A stretch of DNA of 37,735 bases from positions 1-37,735 of IMG/VR virus record IMGVR_UViG_3300037483_000349; one strand, 5' to 3'. This document shows, piece after piece, positions 26,118-34,616 of this stretch. This DNA is from a virus (taxonomy: Duplodnaviria; Caudoviricetes). The position numbers and the translations under genes were made by a program. The notes under the pieces were generated by a model that was not told the origin of the DNA, made no database searches, and saw only the letters and a program-made list of their open reading frames with translations. Positions within the stretch are counted from its first letter, which is position 1. Each line of letters opens with the position of its first letter.

Positions 26118-28025
26118 CTATGCACCTCCCATCATGCGCGTAAGAATTTGTTCAATTTGGCCGATCCTCTGAGCCAGTTCCTCAACTCCCATGCCCGACT
26201 GCATCATTTCCATTTGCTTTTTCTGGTTGTCGAGTTGTTTGCCCTCGATCTCCACTTGCCCTTTTGCCATATCCATCTGTTCTTTAGGGTCCGGCCCTTG
26301 TTGCTGCGGCTGGTTCATGGCGCGGATCTCTTCGGCCAGCTCGTCAGATTCCGGCCAGTCCAGGTTTTTAGCAATGCGCGGGACGATCAGCGGGGCCAGA
26401 TTCGGCGCAGCCGACAGGATTTGCACCAGACCATCGGCGGACTCTAACCGCTTGGTCATGTACCCCGGCCCGGCGTCAACCACAACATCATAGCGGCCAA
26501 CGGACAAATCATTCGCCACCGATTCACCAGTCACCGGATCGGTAACATTTATTTTGTCCCAACCCTCGGAACCATCCTCGTTGAGCAGGCGGACAACCCG
26601 TTCGGTATCGTAAATTTTGGGTATCAGATCAACTAAAATTTTCCCGGTGTATTTGAGTGCGCGGGTTTGATTATCAGTGAAAACAAATGTCGCCGTGTCG
26701 CTTTCGCGCTGCCGGGCAATGATGGCCTTGCCGCTTGTCTCGTTACCTTGTGCCCCGAGAGAGGCATCAAACAGACCGGTGGTCGCCTTGATGTCGTCTG
26801 CGGCCTGCATGGCTTCTTGCAGCGCCCCGGAATCTCCAATACTACCGGTCAACCGCTGCGGCGGGGTCTGCCCTGGGATGTTGTTGTACAGCAGATAGCT
26901 TTGCGGCTTGCGATGAGCCTCCTGCCATTGTGACTCGTGCCCTTCAACCTGTTCTTCCGAAATAATCCACGGCTGTTTAGGAGCCAGGGCGATAGTTTCC
27001 GCTGCCGTTGACCGCGCCCAGTTGTAGAGCTTTTGGGGATCTTTACTAAACCGGATGGCAGAGCGCAGTATCCTTTCGCCTTCAATCCAGATTTCTTCCC
27101 CCAGACAAGGGACAATCGGGATGTATTTCCCGGCCCATTCCTGCGGACCTTCCAGCACTTGAGACGCGGTTATTTTTGCCCATTTGACGCGATGGCATTT
27201 GACTTTGCGGGACCGGCGGTACGGAAGCGGGTTTTCGATCCCCTCGCCGGTGACAAACTGAACCGTTTGCCCCATACCGTCGTCCATGTCAAAACTCTTG
27301 GGCTTTTTAACCTCAATTACTCGCCCGTCGATGAGTTCGTAAATTTCCTTCGTTGCCGGTTCGCGCCACCAATATTCCGCAACCCGCACCGAGTCGGGCG
27401 AAAACCATCCCTGCGACGCCTCTCCTGTGCCGGTATCCAAATCGTTCGGCTCGGCGTTTGGGTAGGTGTTTTCGAACTCCTCCCGCGTCATGGTCTCGCA
27501 AATAAATGCGTAACGAGCATCCGAATAGTCGGTCTCGACAGCCGCTTGGTCAAAATACACCGCATGCGGGTTGACGATGCGCCGGATCATAATGTCCTGC
27601 TCAAACGTCAGGTCGTCGGCATAGTCGGTTAACACCCGCCAGTAGCCATAACCACCGCGTACTGCGGACTCGAATCCGTTGTCATAAGCCGCTTCAGCAT
27701 CGCTGACATTTTCGATGTTGCGGATCAGCCCGGTCAGCAACTCGGCAGTTTTTGGGTCGGAATGATCGTCAACAGGGCGAACTTTGATACGCGGCCGGTT
27801 TTGCCTAGCATCCCCGATTATCTGCTTGACCACCCCAGCGGTTTTGTTAATGACGAGGCAGGGCCTGCCCTCCCGCTCCTTCAGACTCTGCGAGTCCCAC
27901 TGCTCGCCGTTTTCAAACCGGATATCCGACAGCGATGATTCCCGGTTGGCATCCTCGGCGGTCATAGATTCACCAAACCGTTCGAGGGCGAGCTGGATTA
28001 TCTCATCATGCTTTTTTTTCGCCAT
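26118..28025 (-). CDS. portal protein, P22-like
   Basis: GEQW...RPCLVINK, KYIPIVP, NETSGKAIIARQ, GRYDVVVDAGP. Confidence 0.95.
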   Translation of the reverse strand: MAKKKHDEIIQLALERFGESMTAEDANRESSLSDIRFENGEQWDSQSLKEREGRPCLVINKTAGVVKQIIGDARQNRPRIKVRPVDDHSDPKTAELLTGLIRNIENVSDAEAAYDNGFESAVRGGYGYWRVLTDYADDLTFEQDIMIRRIVNPHAVYFDQAAVETDYSDARYAFICETMTREEFENTYPNAEPNDLDTGTGEASQGWFSPDSVRVAEYWWREPATKEIYELIDGRVIEVKKPKSFDMDDGMGQTVQFVTGEGIENPLPYRRSRKVKCHRVKWAKITASQVLEGPQEWAGKYIPIVPCLGEEIWIEGERILRSAIRFSKDPQKLYNWARSTAAETIALAPKQPWIISEEQVEGHESQWQEAHRKPQSYLLYNNIPGQTPPQRLTGSIGDSGALQEAMQAADDIKATTGLFDASLGAQGNETSGKAIIARQRESDTATFVFTDNQTRALKYTGKILVDLIPKIYDTERVVRLLNEDGSEGWDKINVTDPVTGESVANDLSVGRYDVVVDAGPGYMTKRLESADGLVQILSAAPNLAPLIVPRIAKNLDWPESDELAEEIRAMNQPQQQGPDPKEQMDMAKGQVEIEGKQLDNQKKQMEMMQSGMGVEELAQRIGQIEQILTRMMGGA

Positions 28026-28079
28026 TTTATACCATCATCCCTGGATATTTTGGCATCGCGTACCATATCGTGTGCATCG

Positions 28080-29411
28080 TTACATGCTCATCCAGCTACC
28101 CGAAGTCTGCGGCTTCCCGGTTTTCCTCCTGGCCTTACCCAACTTTTCGTAGACCAGAGCCATCAGTCCGAAAGAATCAGAACCGTGACTTGACCAGTCG
28201 TGTTCTGGGCCAAGGCCGACATCCCGTGTTTCGTCTTTCTTTTCGTGATACCAACCCAGAGCATCGAGCCCTGCGGAACAATTCTTTTCGTCAATCCAGA
28301 CGTTCGGGAATACCCGCCTTATCGCCTCCACCCGCTGCATAGCCGCCCCTGTGCCTGCATTTGGCACGACCTCGACATGGAAACCGGCTTTCCTGAGCTC
28401 CGATTCGTAGCTGACGCGGTAAACGCTGTCCTTTTTGACACCATCATGGGGTAGATAAACATTTGCCTTTTCGTACCCCCCGGCCCGCAACCATGCAACG
28501 TGATCAGAAAGTTCCTGCCCAACCGCTTCGTAGTAGTCTATGACCCGGATCTCTTTGCCGACGATCTGGATAATCCATATTGCACAGGCGTCCGCCTTGG
28601 CTCCCGTCCCCCCAATATCAAAAAATGCGTAGGTTGCCATCAGCGGGTCCCTAGGGACTTTGCCTATACGATTTTCCTGCCGCGCTATCGCAAGTTGCTT
28701 TGCAAAATACGCCCCGTCTTGGGCGGTGACGTAACCACCCTCCCAGACGTGATCATATATCTCCGGTCTGTTGTTGAGATCGTCCAGTCTCTCCTGCTCA
28801 AGCACCGCCGGGAACCATGGGTTATCTCTCCAATTCGCTTTTACAACTATCGCGCCGGTTGGTAATAAACCCCCACGCAGCAGGATATCCACTGCGTCGT
28901 GTTTCCTGGTGGGATTCCAACTAAACCACAGCTCCGACGCCATTCCGTTTGTTTTGTTTTCCCAGCGGATTGTCGGCCGGACCAGGTTAACCGACCGCTT
29001 GCTGAGACTCTGTGATTCCTCTCCCCAAAAAATGTGGAACCCCTCAAAGGATTTGACGGACTCGGTTGTGTGATCCTGGAGCCCCTGGAAAACAATTACC
29101 CCGTCTTTGGGGGTTTTAATCACGTCCTTGTAGACCTTGAATCCTTGTTGTTCTCCGAGCCCAAGCGCTTGTAACTTTTTCTCAATCAGCGGTTTTGCCG
29201 AGTGTTGCAGCGATTTTTGCACTTCCCGACCACAGATAACCCGCAGCCCTTCCCCCGCGTCACCTGGCCAACTGAGACCCAAATCACACAAATTTTCCGC
29301 AAAAAAATGAGATTTCCCGGACCCCCGGCCACCGTATGCACCCTTGTACCGCGCTGGGGATAACAGCGGTGCATAAACCTCAGCTGTCGGGATTTCCAGA
29401 TGGCCGGACAA
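28080..29411 (-). CDS. terL: terminase large subunit (PBSX/XtmB-like)
   Basis: Walker A GGRGSGKS, SWNP, FFDIG, HDWSSHGSDSF. Confidence 0.96.
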   Translation of the reverse strand: MSGHLEIPTAEVYAPLLSPARYKGAYGGRGSGKSHFFAENLCDLGLSWPGDAGEGLRVICGREVQKSLQHSAKPLIEKKLQALGLGEQQGFKVYKDVIKTPKDGVIVFQGLQDHTTESVKSFEGFHIFWGEESQSLSKRSVNLVRPTIRWENKTNGMASELWFSWNPTRKHDAVDILLRGGLLPTGAIVVKANWRDNPWFPAVLEQERLDDLNNRPEIYDHVWEGGYVTAQDGAYFAKQLAIARQENRIGKVPRDPLMATYAFFDIGGTGAKADACAIWIIQIVGKEIRVIDYYEAVGQELSDHVAWLRAGGYEKANVYLPHDGVKKDSVYRVSYESELRKAGFHVEVVPNAGTGAAMQRVEAIRRVFPNVWIDEKNCSAGLDALGWYHEKKDETRDVGLGPEHDWSSHGSDSFGLMALVYEKLGKARRKTGKPQTSGSWMSM

Positions 29412-29664
29412 TAACTCGCCTCACTGCATGATATATGGGTTTGCCCTCGTCACCCGCCACAGTGATATCTTTCGGCAACACTTTGCCGAGTAGTGTCATA
29501 AATGCGACAGGGTTCTCTTCCGCCTGTTTAACAAGATACTTTTCGCCGCCGCTCTTATCGAGAGCGCTCAGAATCATATCCTTGAGCTCCCTTGTTACCT
29601 TGTTCGGGGTCCCCTTACTCCTCCCCCCGCGTCTTTCCCCTGGTTTTGACCCTTTACCTGCCAT
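29380..29664 (-). CDS. terS: terminase small subunit
   Basis: GGRSKGTPNKVT...FMTLLGKVLP; upstream of terL. Confidence 0.85.
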   Translation of the reverse strand: MAGKGSKPGERRGGRSKGTPNKVTRELKDMILSALDKSGGEKYLVKQAEENPVAFMTLLGKVLPKDITVAGDEGKPIYHAVRRVIVRPSGNPDS

Positions 29665-29666
29665 CG

Positions 29667-29840
29667 CTACAAATTGCTACTAGAGCAATCTCCCTTTAGT
29701 TTGTTATCTCTCAATCTCCGTTGCATCTTTATACACGGCTCCCGATCCCCAGGGCATACCGTGGGGCATCTGCGGCGCTCCATGCACTGCCAGCAGCATC
29801 TAGCCATGTATGGTGGTTGATCGCATTTGCAGGGGAGCAT
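29667..29840 (-). CDS. possible Cys-rich 57-aa protein
   Basis: MLPCKCDQ...; ends 2 nt before the terS ATG; weak RBS. Confidence 0.4.
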   Translation of the reverse strand: MLPCKCDQPPYMARCCWQCMERRRCPTVCPGDREPCIKMQRRLRDNKLKGDCSSSNL

Positions 29841-29891
29841 CGCGGCCTCGGATTTATTTTCACTTTTTTTATAAAAATGTTGATATTGTTG

Positions 29892-29920
29892 TTGACACTG
29901 CTCTGCTAGCAGTCTATAGT
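29892..29920 (+). promoter_or_regulatory. strong sigma70 promoter with palindrome in the spacer
   Basis: TTGACA-17-TATAGT; ctgctagcag palindrome. Confidence 0.8.
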
Positions 29921-29960
29921 TTAATCACACAGAGGGACAAACCAACCACAGGAGGAAATC

Positions 29961-30137
29961 ATGAAATCTTTTGCTGAGATCCAAGCCGAATTGGCAATAG
30001 AGCACGCCGCACGCGACGAAAAAAACCGAGAAACCACACGCCGCGCAGCACCTACCAAATTTCGCCGGACCACCAACAAAAATCGCGTTTGCCCCCGTTG
30101 CGGAACTTACTGCTACGGTGACTGCCAAGCCAACTAA
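29961..30137 (+). CDS. 58-aa Zn-finger protein
   Basis: AGGAGG RBS; C-terminal CPRCGTYCYGDC. Confidence 0.8.
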   Translation: MKSFAEIQAELAIEHAARDEKNRETTRRAAPTKFRRTTNKNRVCPRCGTYCYGDCQAN

Positions 30138-30150
30138 AGAGGATATAGAC

Positions 30151-30330
30151 ATGAAAGCAATCATCCAGGGGACCTTAGGCACCGACATTTACAACCAGGG
30201 CAAAAAGCTCGCATCCAAAGGGGACACCGTGAAAATTTACACAAGCGGAAACGGCTACGAGGCTGACAACAACGGGAACCGATTCCCGATAACCCCGGCT
30301 CAAATCCGGGCCATCCTTTACAAAGTTTGA
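30151..30330 (+). CDS. hypothetical protein (59 aa)
   Basis: GAGG RBS. Confidence 0.75.
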   Translation: MKAIIQGTLGTDIYNQGKKLASKGDTVKIYTSGNGYEADNNGNRFPITPAQIRAILYKV

Positions 30331-30377
30331 ACCAACCCAGAGCCAAGCCCCGGCCTTGTAGGGGCAAGGAGGAAATC

Positions 30378-30554
30378 ATGAAAAAACACAATTATCGTTT
30401 TGACCAGTACGGCAGCGTTTACGAATACAACATTGATCATGGCGCTTATCTGTTTATCGGTAGGCTTAACGGCCGGTCCAAAAAAGCTTTTATCGCTGCA
30501 CATGAACGCGATGATTATTGCGAAACTGATTGCAACTGCGATTGTAGTGAGTGA
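30378..30554 (+). CDS. hypothetical protein (58 aa)
   Basis: AAGGAGG RBS. Confidence 0.75.
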   Translation: MKKHNYRFDQYGSVYEYNIDHGAYLFIGRLNGRSKKAFIAAHERDDYCETDCNCDCSE

Positions 30555-30557
30555 CCA

Positions 30558-30701
30558 ATGACCCTCACCGACCTAAAAGCCGCCGTCAAAGCCCTGGATG
30601 TTGCCGATCTGCGCAGCCTCCGGGCCACCATCAACGCCATACTCTCCCACCAGAGCGGGGCAAAGCGAAAATCCAGGAAGGGGATATCGCTGAAGAAATA
30701 A
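30558..30701 (+). CDS. 47-aa helical basic protein
   Basis: MTLTDLKAAVKALDVADLRSLRATINAILSHQSGAKRKSRKGISLKK*. Confidence 0.6.
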   Translation: MTLTDLKAAVKALDVADLRSLRATINAILSHQSGAKRKSRKGISLKK

Positions 30702-30871
30702 AAAAACCCCGCTTGCCGACAGGAGGAGGGACCGCCACCCCGGCAAGCGGGGAAACCACACAGGGGGAGGGGAGGCGGTCGACTAAAAAAGGCCCGAGCA
30801 TTTTCATGCCGGGCCTTAGTGACAAAAATTAATGATGAGAGCATTGTCTACTAAATCTGTTTCCCCGTCAA
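30700..30871 (-). promoter_or_regulatory. late promoter-like element followed by two terminators (pR'/tR'-like)
   Basis: TTGACG-17-GACAAT, then aaggcccggcat...atgctcgggcc-T6 and ccccgcttgccg...cggcaagcgggg-T7. Confidence 0.55.
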
Positions 30872-30887
30872 GCCCTTTGATACCAAA

Positions 30888-30937
30888 TTTTAACTCCCGC
30901 TGCGCTGGACCTGCGGCCAGCGAACTTTTTGTTAGCC
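30888..30937 (+). mobile_element. mini attC-like site D (50 bp)
   Basis: TTTTAAC TCCCG CT[G]CGCTG G[A]CC tgc GGC CAGCGAA CTTTTT GTTAGCC. Confidence 0.75.
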
Positions 30938-31102
30938 CTGTGGATCATCGTCTCCGCATGTGCGGCAGCAAAAACCAGTGACAACAGGGTGTCCGCAACG
31001 CTTGCATGGGTAGATCGGTGGCGCATGATCTATCGCAAGCCGAGCGCGTTCCTTGTAATATTGTGGATTTTCAAAGGGGTTTTCTATTTTGTCGTAAGCC
31101 AT
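30932..31102 (-). CDS. 56-aa Zn-ribbon cassette protein
   Basis: GAGG RBS; MAYDKIENPF...CKRCGH...CCRTCGDDDPQG*; stop lies in R' of site D. Confidence 0.75.
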   Translation of the reverse strand: MAYDKIENPFENPQYYKERARLAIDHAPPIYPCKRCGHPVVTGFCCRTCGDDDPQG

Positions 31103-31254
31103 TTTTGTCCTCTATTCTTCGGGCCTTTTATGCCCATATTGGTTGGGGTCTGCGAAAAAAGCCTGGCTACGGTTCCGCTCTCCATCTGACCAGTTAAGAA
31201 AAAAGTGGCATCTCCCCAACCTGTCCATGGTTTTTGACCTATATTCGATTTGAG

Positions 31255-31385
31255 GGCTAACCAAACGCTCAACGGCGGACTTGCTGCCGCAAGTCGCGCT
31301 CGCCTCGCTCTGCTCTTTTTGGTCATTCTGCTTTTCCATCCGTTTCTACTCCTCTGGCCGCAAGCCCGTTAGCTAAGCGTTCGCC
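31255..31385 (+). mobile_element. attC-like site F (131 bp)
   Basis: GGCTAAC CAAAC GCT[C]AACG ... CGTTAGC TAAGC GTTCGCC. Confidence 0.85.
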
Positions 31386-31394
31386 CGTGGCCAT

Positions 31395-31877
31395 TTAAAG
31401 GCCGCGCTCCTCCTGCTCGAAGCCTTCAACAACCACTTGGCTTTTCAGCAACTCCGTTGTGTTCTGGAATGCCAGCATCAACACTGCCGGCGAAATGTTC
31501 AGCGGGTACACGCTCCCGGCCCGTCCCATGCCAGCCATGACGCAATCCACGATCATGTCCAGCACGTCGATCAGGTTCACGTCTGCCGGTATCCCGTCCT
31601 CTTGCAGAAGATGGTGGCGCATGATCTTGCGGTGATTGTCCCACCATCCCGTCTGCTTGAAGCCGGTCAGAAAATCACGGTGAAACCCGTCGATGTCGTC
31701 CAGCTTGTCGGCGTCGTGCATATTGGCGGCTCTGTCGAGTAGCCCCTTGAAAAACTCCAACCCTTGAATCACGTCGCCGCGATGTTGCACACTGCTGTTG
31801 TAAAGCTGCTCCTTCGTCACCTTGGCGAAATCGCACGTTCTGGTATCGGCTGTTTGGCTCTTGCGAATGTGAATCAT
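31395..31877 (-). CDS. HD-like metal-binding protein (DUF5662-like), between attC F and E
   Basis: QHR...HDADK...HRKIMRHH...DVLDMIVD; AAGGAG RBS. Confidence 0.7.
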   Translation of the reverse strand: MIHIRKSQTADTRTCDFAKVTKEQLYNSSVQHRGDVIQGLEFFKGLLDRAANMHDADKLDDIDGFHRDFLTGFKQTGWWDNHRKIMRHHLLQEDGIPADVNLIDVLDMIVDCVMAGMGRAGSVYPLNISPAVLMLAFQNTTELLKSQVVVEGFEQEERGL

Positions 31878-31902
31878 GTCGTTTCTCCTTCTGGGTTGTC
31901 AT

Positions 31903-32008
31903 TCCTAACCAACGTAATGCAGCGGACGGAACAACGCTGGTAGTAAATTTTAAAATCTCAGTGGTTCGCGGGCGGTCCGTCGCCGTCCGCTGATCGGGGG
32001 CGTTATTC
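31903..32008 (+). mobile_element. attC-like site E
   Basis: TCCTAAC ... AT[G]CAGCGGACGG ... CCGTCCGCTGAT CGGGGGC GTTATTC; R' overlaps the stop of ORF 32003. Confidence 0.8.
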
Positions 32009-32293
32009 GTTTGCCCTCTTCCGACAAAAACTCAGATCATCCATCCCATACTGCCGCAGCAGGGTATCGAGAGACCCTCGGGCTATCCCCAACTGGTAGG
32101 CCGTGTCCTTTTTGTTGTAAACGCTCGCCAACCGGGTAATTGCCTCTTTTGGACCCATCCCGCAGTTGTTGCGGATTTTCTCCACGGTTGAAATGCCACC
32201 GCCTGAAATAAAACGTTTTTTGCAGTGGATGCAGAACGCTGCGGCAACGTGGATAGATGTACGGCAGACAGGGCATTTCCTGCGGCCCTTCAT
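32003..32293 (-). CDS. Zn-ribbon plus Fis-like HTH protein (96 aa)
   Basis: CPVC...CIHC; NKKDTAYQLGIARGSLDTLLRQYG. Confidence 0.75.
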   Translation of the reverse strand: MKGRRKCPVCRTSIHVAAAFCIHCKKRFISGGGISTVEKIRNNCGMGPKEAITRLASVYNKKDTAYQLGIARGSLDTLLRQYGMDDLSFCRKRANE

Positions 32294-32448
32294 TTCTCGC
32301 ATGTGCAACGGTCCTGGCGCCACCGCCGTTCCGTTTCGGCCAGGGCTTTTTCCAGACGTTCAACCTCGGACACCAACCATTGCGCGTTTTCGTAGCTGGC
32401 CGCTTTCAAAATCATGAGTTTTGTTTTGATACTTTTTAACTTGTCCAT
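32290..32448 (-). CDS. hypothetical protein (52 aa)
   Basis: AGGAGG RBS; MDKLKSIK...WLVSEVERLE; ATGA coupling to the next gene. Confidence 0.7.
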   Translation of the reverse strand: MDKLKSIKTKLMILKAASYENAQWLVSEVERLEKALAETERRWRQDRCTCEK

Positions 32449-33722
32449 GATCCCTCCTGTTTGTTTTCAAACCGTGAATATTCGCCGTGCCACGACAGCG
32501 GGACGGTCCCCGTTGGCCCGTTGCGCTGCTTGGCAATGATGGCTTCCGCCTGCCTTGAATCGGCCTTCTCATTGTAAACCGCGTCCCGGTACATAAAAAT
32601 GATGGTGTCTGCATCCTGTTCTATTTCGCCGGAATCCCTGAGGTCAGACATAACCGGGCGTTTATTTGTGCGCTCTTCCAGTTTCCGGGACAGCTGGCAC
32701 AGCGCGACGACAGGCACGTTCAATTCCTTTGCCATCCCCTTCAAACTCCGGGATATAAAGCCGACCTCCTGGACCCGGTTTTGTCCCTCTCCCCTGAGCA
32801 GTTGCAGATAGTCGATGCAAACAAGGCCGATTCCCTCCTTTCTTTTCAGCCTCCGCGCCCTGGCCCTCAACTCCGAAACGTGAAGACCCGGCGTGTCGTC
32901 GATAAAAACCGGGGAATCAACCATACTCCCGACTGTATTCGCCATCCTTGACCAGTCCCCATCCTGAAAATTCCCGACCCTTGCCCGAGCCCCGTCTATT
33001 CTCGACCGTCCGAATATCATCCGCTTTATGAGCTGCTCTTTGCTCATTTCCAGCGAGAAAATAACGGCAGGCACCCCCCTTTCGATTGTTGCCCCCTCTA
33101 CGATGTTCCCCATCATGGCGGATTTGCCCATTGCCGGGCGGCCTGCCAAAACGATCAAATCCGGGGCATTGAGACCGTTCAGTGACTGATCAAATTTCTC
33201 AAACCCGGTCTCTATCCCGGCAATTTTCCCCCGGTTGTTAAATGCGGTTTCGATTTCTTTGAATGCTTTGGGCAGGGTGATTTTGATCCTTTCAGCCCCT
33301 CCTCCTCCCGTGTGCATGTCGAACAAAGCAGCTTCAATTTTCGCCTGCAACTCGTCGGCCGGTAGGTCTGCGTTGCGCTCAATGGCCTTTGCAATATTCA
33401 TCAACTGGCGTTTTTTTGATGCTTCTTTGAGCTGTTTGCACGAATACCCGATTATTGCAGACGATGGGGCAAAATCCACCAGCTCCGCTATGTATTCCGG
33501 CCCGCCGACCTTATCCAGTACCCCCATTTTTTTCAGTTCGGTTGCAAGCGTCACCGTGTCGGGGATAATCTGATTTTCCGCCATGTTTGCCATCACCCCG
33601 AAGAGCAGTTGATGTGACGGCAGAGTAAAATCCTTCGCGCTCAGGGTTGACAGGGCGATATCAAGGGCTTCCTCGTCGATAAAACAAGCCCCGAAAACAG
33701 CCTTTTCGTTGTCGATGTCCAT
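32436..33722 (-). CDS. dnaB: replicative DNA helicase
   Basis: AGRPAMGKS, FSLEM, IDYLQL, SDLRDSGEIEQDAD, KQRNGPTG. Confidence 0.98.
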   Translation of the reverse strand: MDIDNEKAVFGACFIDEEALDIALSTLSAKDFTLPSHQLLFGVMANMAENQIIPDTVTLATELKKMGVLDKVGGPEYIAELVDFAPSSAIIGYSCKQLKEASKKRQLMNIAKAIERNADLPADELQAKIEAALFDMHTGGGGAERIKITLPKAFKEIETAFNNRGKIAGIETGFEKFDQSLNGLNAPDLIVLAGRPAMGKSAMMGNIVEGATIERGVPAVIFSLEMSKEQLIKRMIFGRSRIDGARARVGNFQDGDWSRMANTVGSMVDSPVFIDDTPGLHVSELRARARRLKRKEGIGLVCIDYLQLLRGEGQNRVQEVGFISRSLKGMAKELNVPVVALCQLSRKLEERTNKRPVMSDLRDSGEIEQDADTIIFMYRDAVYNEKADSRQAEAIIAKQRNGPTGTVPLSWHGEYSRFENKQEGSWTS

Positions 33723-33726
33723 GGCG

Positions 33727-34410
33727 TCAATCCAGCAGGTTCGGCATTAGCCGATACGGTGACACCGATTGTTCTTCGCTACCCTGGTTCAGGTACGCCT
33801 CAAACTTTGTGCCGAATAATGTCTCAGGCCGCAGATACTCCACCATTTTTGGGTCCCCTCTCCATTGATCCGTTTTGGTGTCAATGACACTTTCAAAATC
33901 CGCCAGCCGGAAACCCTCTCGCCATCGCGCCTGAATGATCTGTCTGGTTTTCGGTGTTGTGGGGCGGAATGCCTTCCCGGTTTTGTCGTTCAGGTGGTTT
34001 ATAATTTTCTGAAAAGGGACAATGTCTGGTGGTTGTTTATATGATGGTTCTTTATTACGGTTTATGTGACACTGTGTCACCTCGTATATGTCGTCAATGT
34101 CACACGGTGCGGTCGTCAATGTCACATCGTTGTGACACTGTGTCACATCGTGGATCGGAAGGGTATAGAGGTTTGTTTTTTTTATCCCTTGGGCTGTCCT
34201 TTTTCTGTAGAAAAGTAGTTTTTTGTCGTTCAGGGATTTTACCACCCTGATAATCGTCCGTCTTGAAACCCCTGTTTTTTTTGCTATCCCCTGCATTCCC
34301 GGCCAGCATACCCCTTCGTTGTCAGCGTGGTCTGCAAAGGCAATCAGCACAAGTTTCTCTGTCGGTGAGCAATTTTGTTTCCATGCCCACGACGTGGCTT
34401 CTACACTCAT
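33727..34410 (-). CDS. phage replication initiator (N-terminal wHTH, conserved phage C-terminal domain)
   Basis: KLVLIAFADHADNEGVCWPG; YLRPETLFGTKFEAYLNQ; upstream of dnaB. Confidence 0.9.
   Translation of the reverse strand: MSVEATSWAWKQNCSPTEKLVLIAFADHADNEGVCWPGMQGIAKKTGVSRRTIIRVVKSLNDKKLLFYRKRTAQGIKKTNLYTLPIHDVTQCHNDVTLTTAPCDIDDIYEVTQCHINRNKEPSYKQPPDIVPFQKIINHLNDKTGKAFRPTTPKTRQIIQARWREGFRLADFESVIDTKTDQWRGDPKMVEYLRPETLFGTKFEAYLNQGSEEQSVSPYRLMPNLLD
34064..34150. repeat. iteron cluster, probable replication origin inside the initiator gene
   Basis: tgtgacactgtgtcac x2 (palindromic) and gtcgtcaatgtcaca x2. Confidence 0.8.
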
Positions 34411-34432
34411 TTTGCCGCTCCTAAAAATAGCA

Positions 34433-34590
34433 ATAAAAAACCCAGATCAAGAGAGGTGCCGCTCTCCTAATCTGGGTGCATGGGTCAAGGACCCTTGAAC
34501 ACTATTTCATTGCAACTCGCCCGGCACGGTTCGTTACAACTGTCTGTTTTTTTGTAGTTCAAATCTACCACAGCATTGATTATGAATCAA
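34433..34590 (-). promoter_or_regulatory. promoter plus attenuator-like leader of the replication gene
   Basis: TTGATT-17-TAGATT; GTGCCG in a first hairpin loop complements the CGGCAC loop of a 16-bp terminator stem followed by a T run. Confidence 0.7.
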
Positions 34591-34616
34591 TGATTATCGC
34601 GCCTTTTATCCCTATT

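Noticed and set aside
29925-30188. 86-87 aa hydrophobic ORFs as holins (also 30929-31189)
   Set aside because: They overlap better-supported opposite-strand genes that have clear RBSs.
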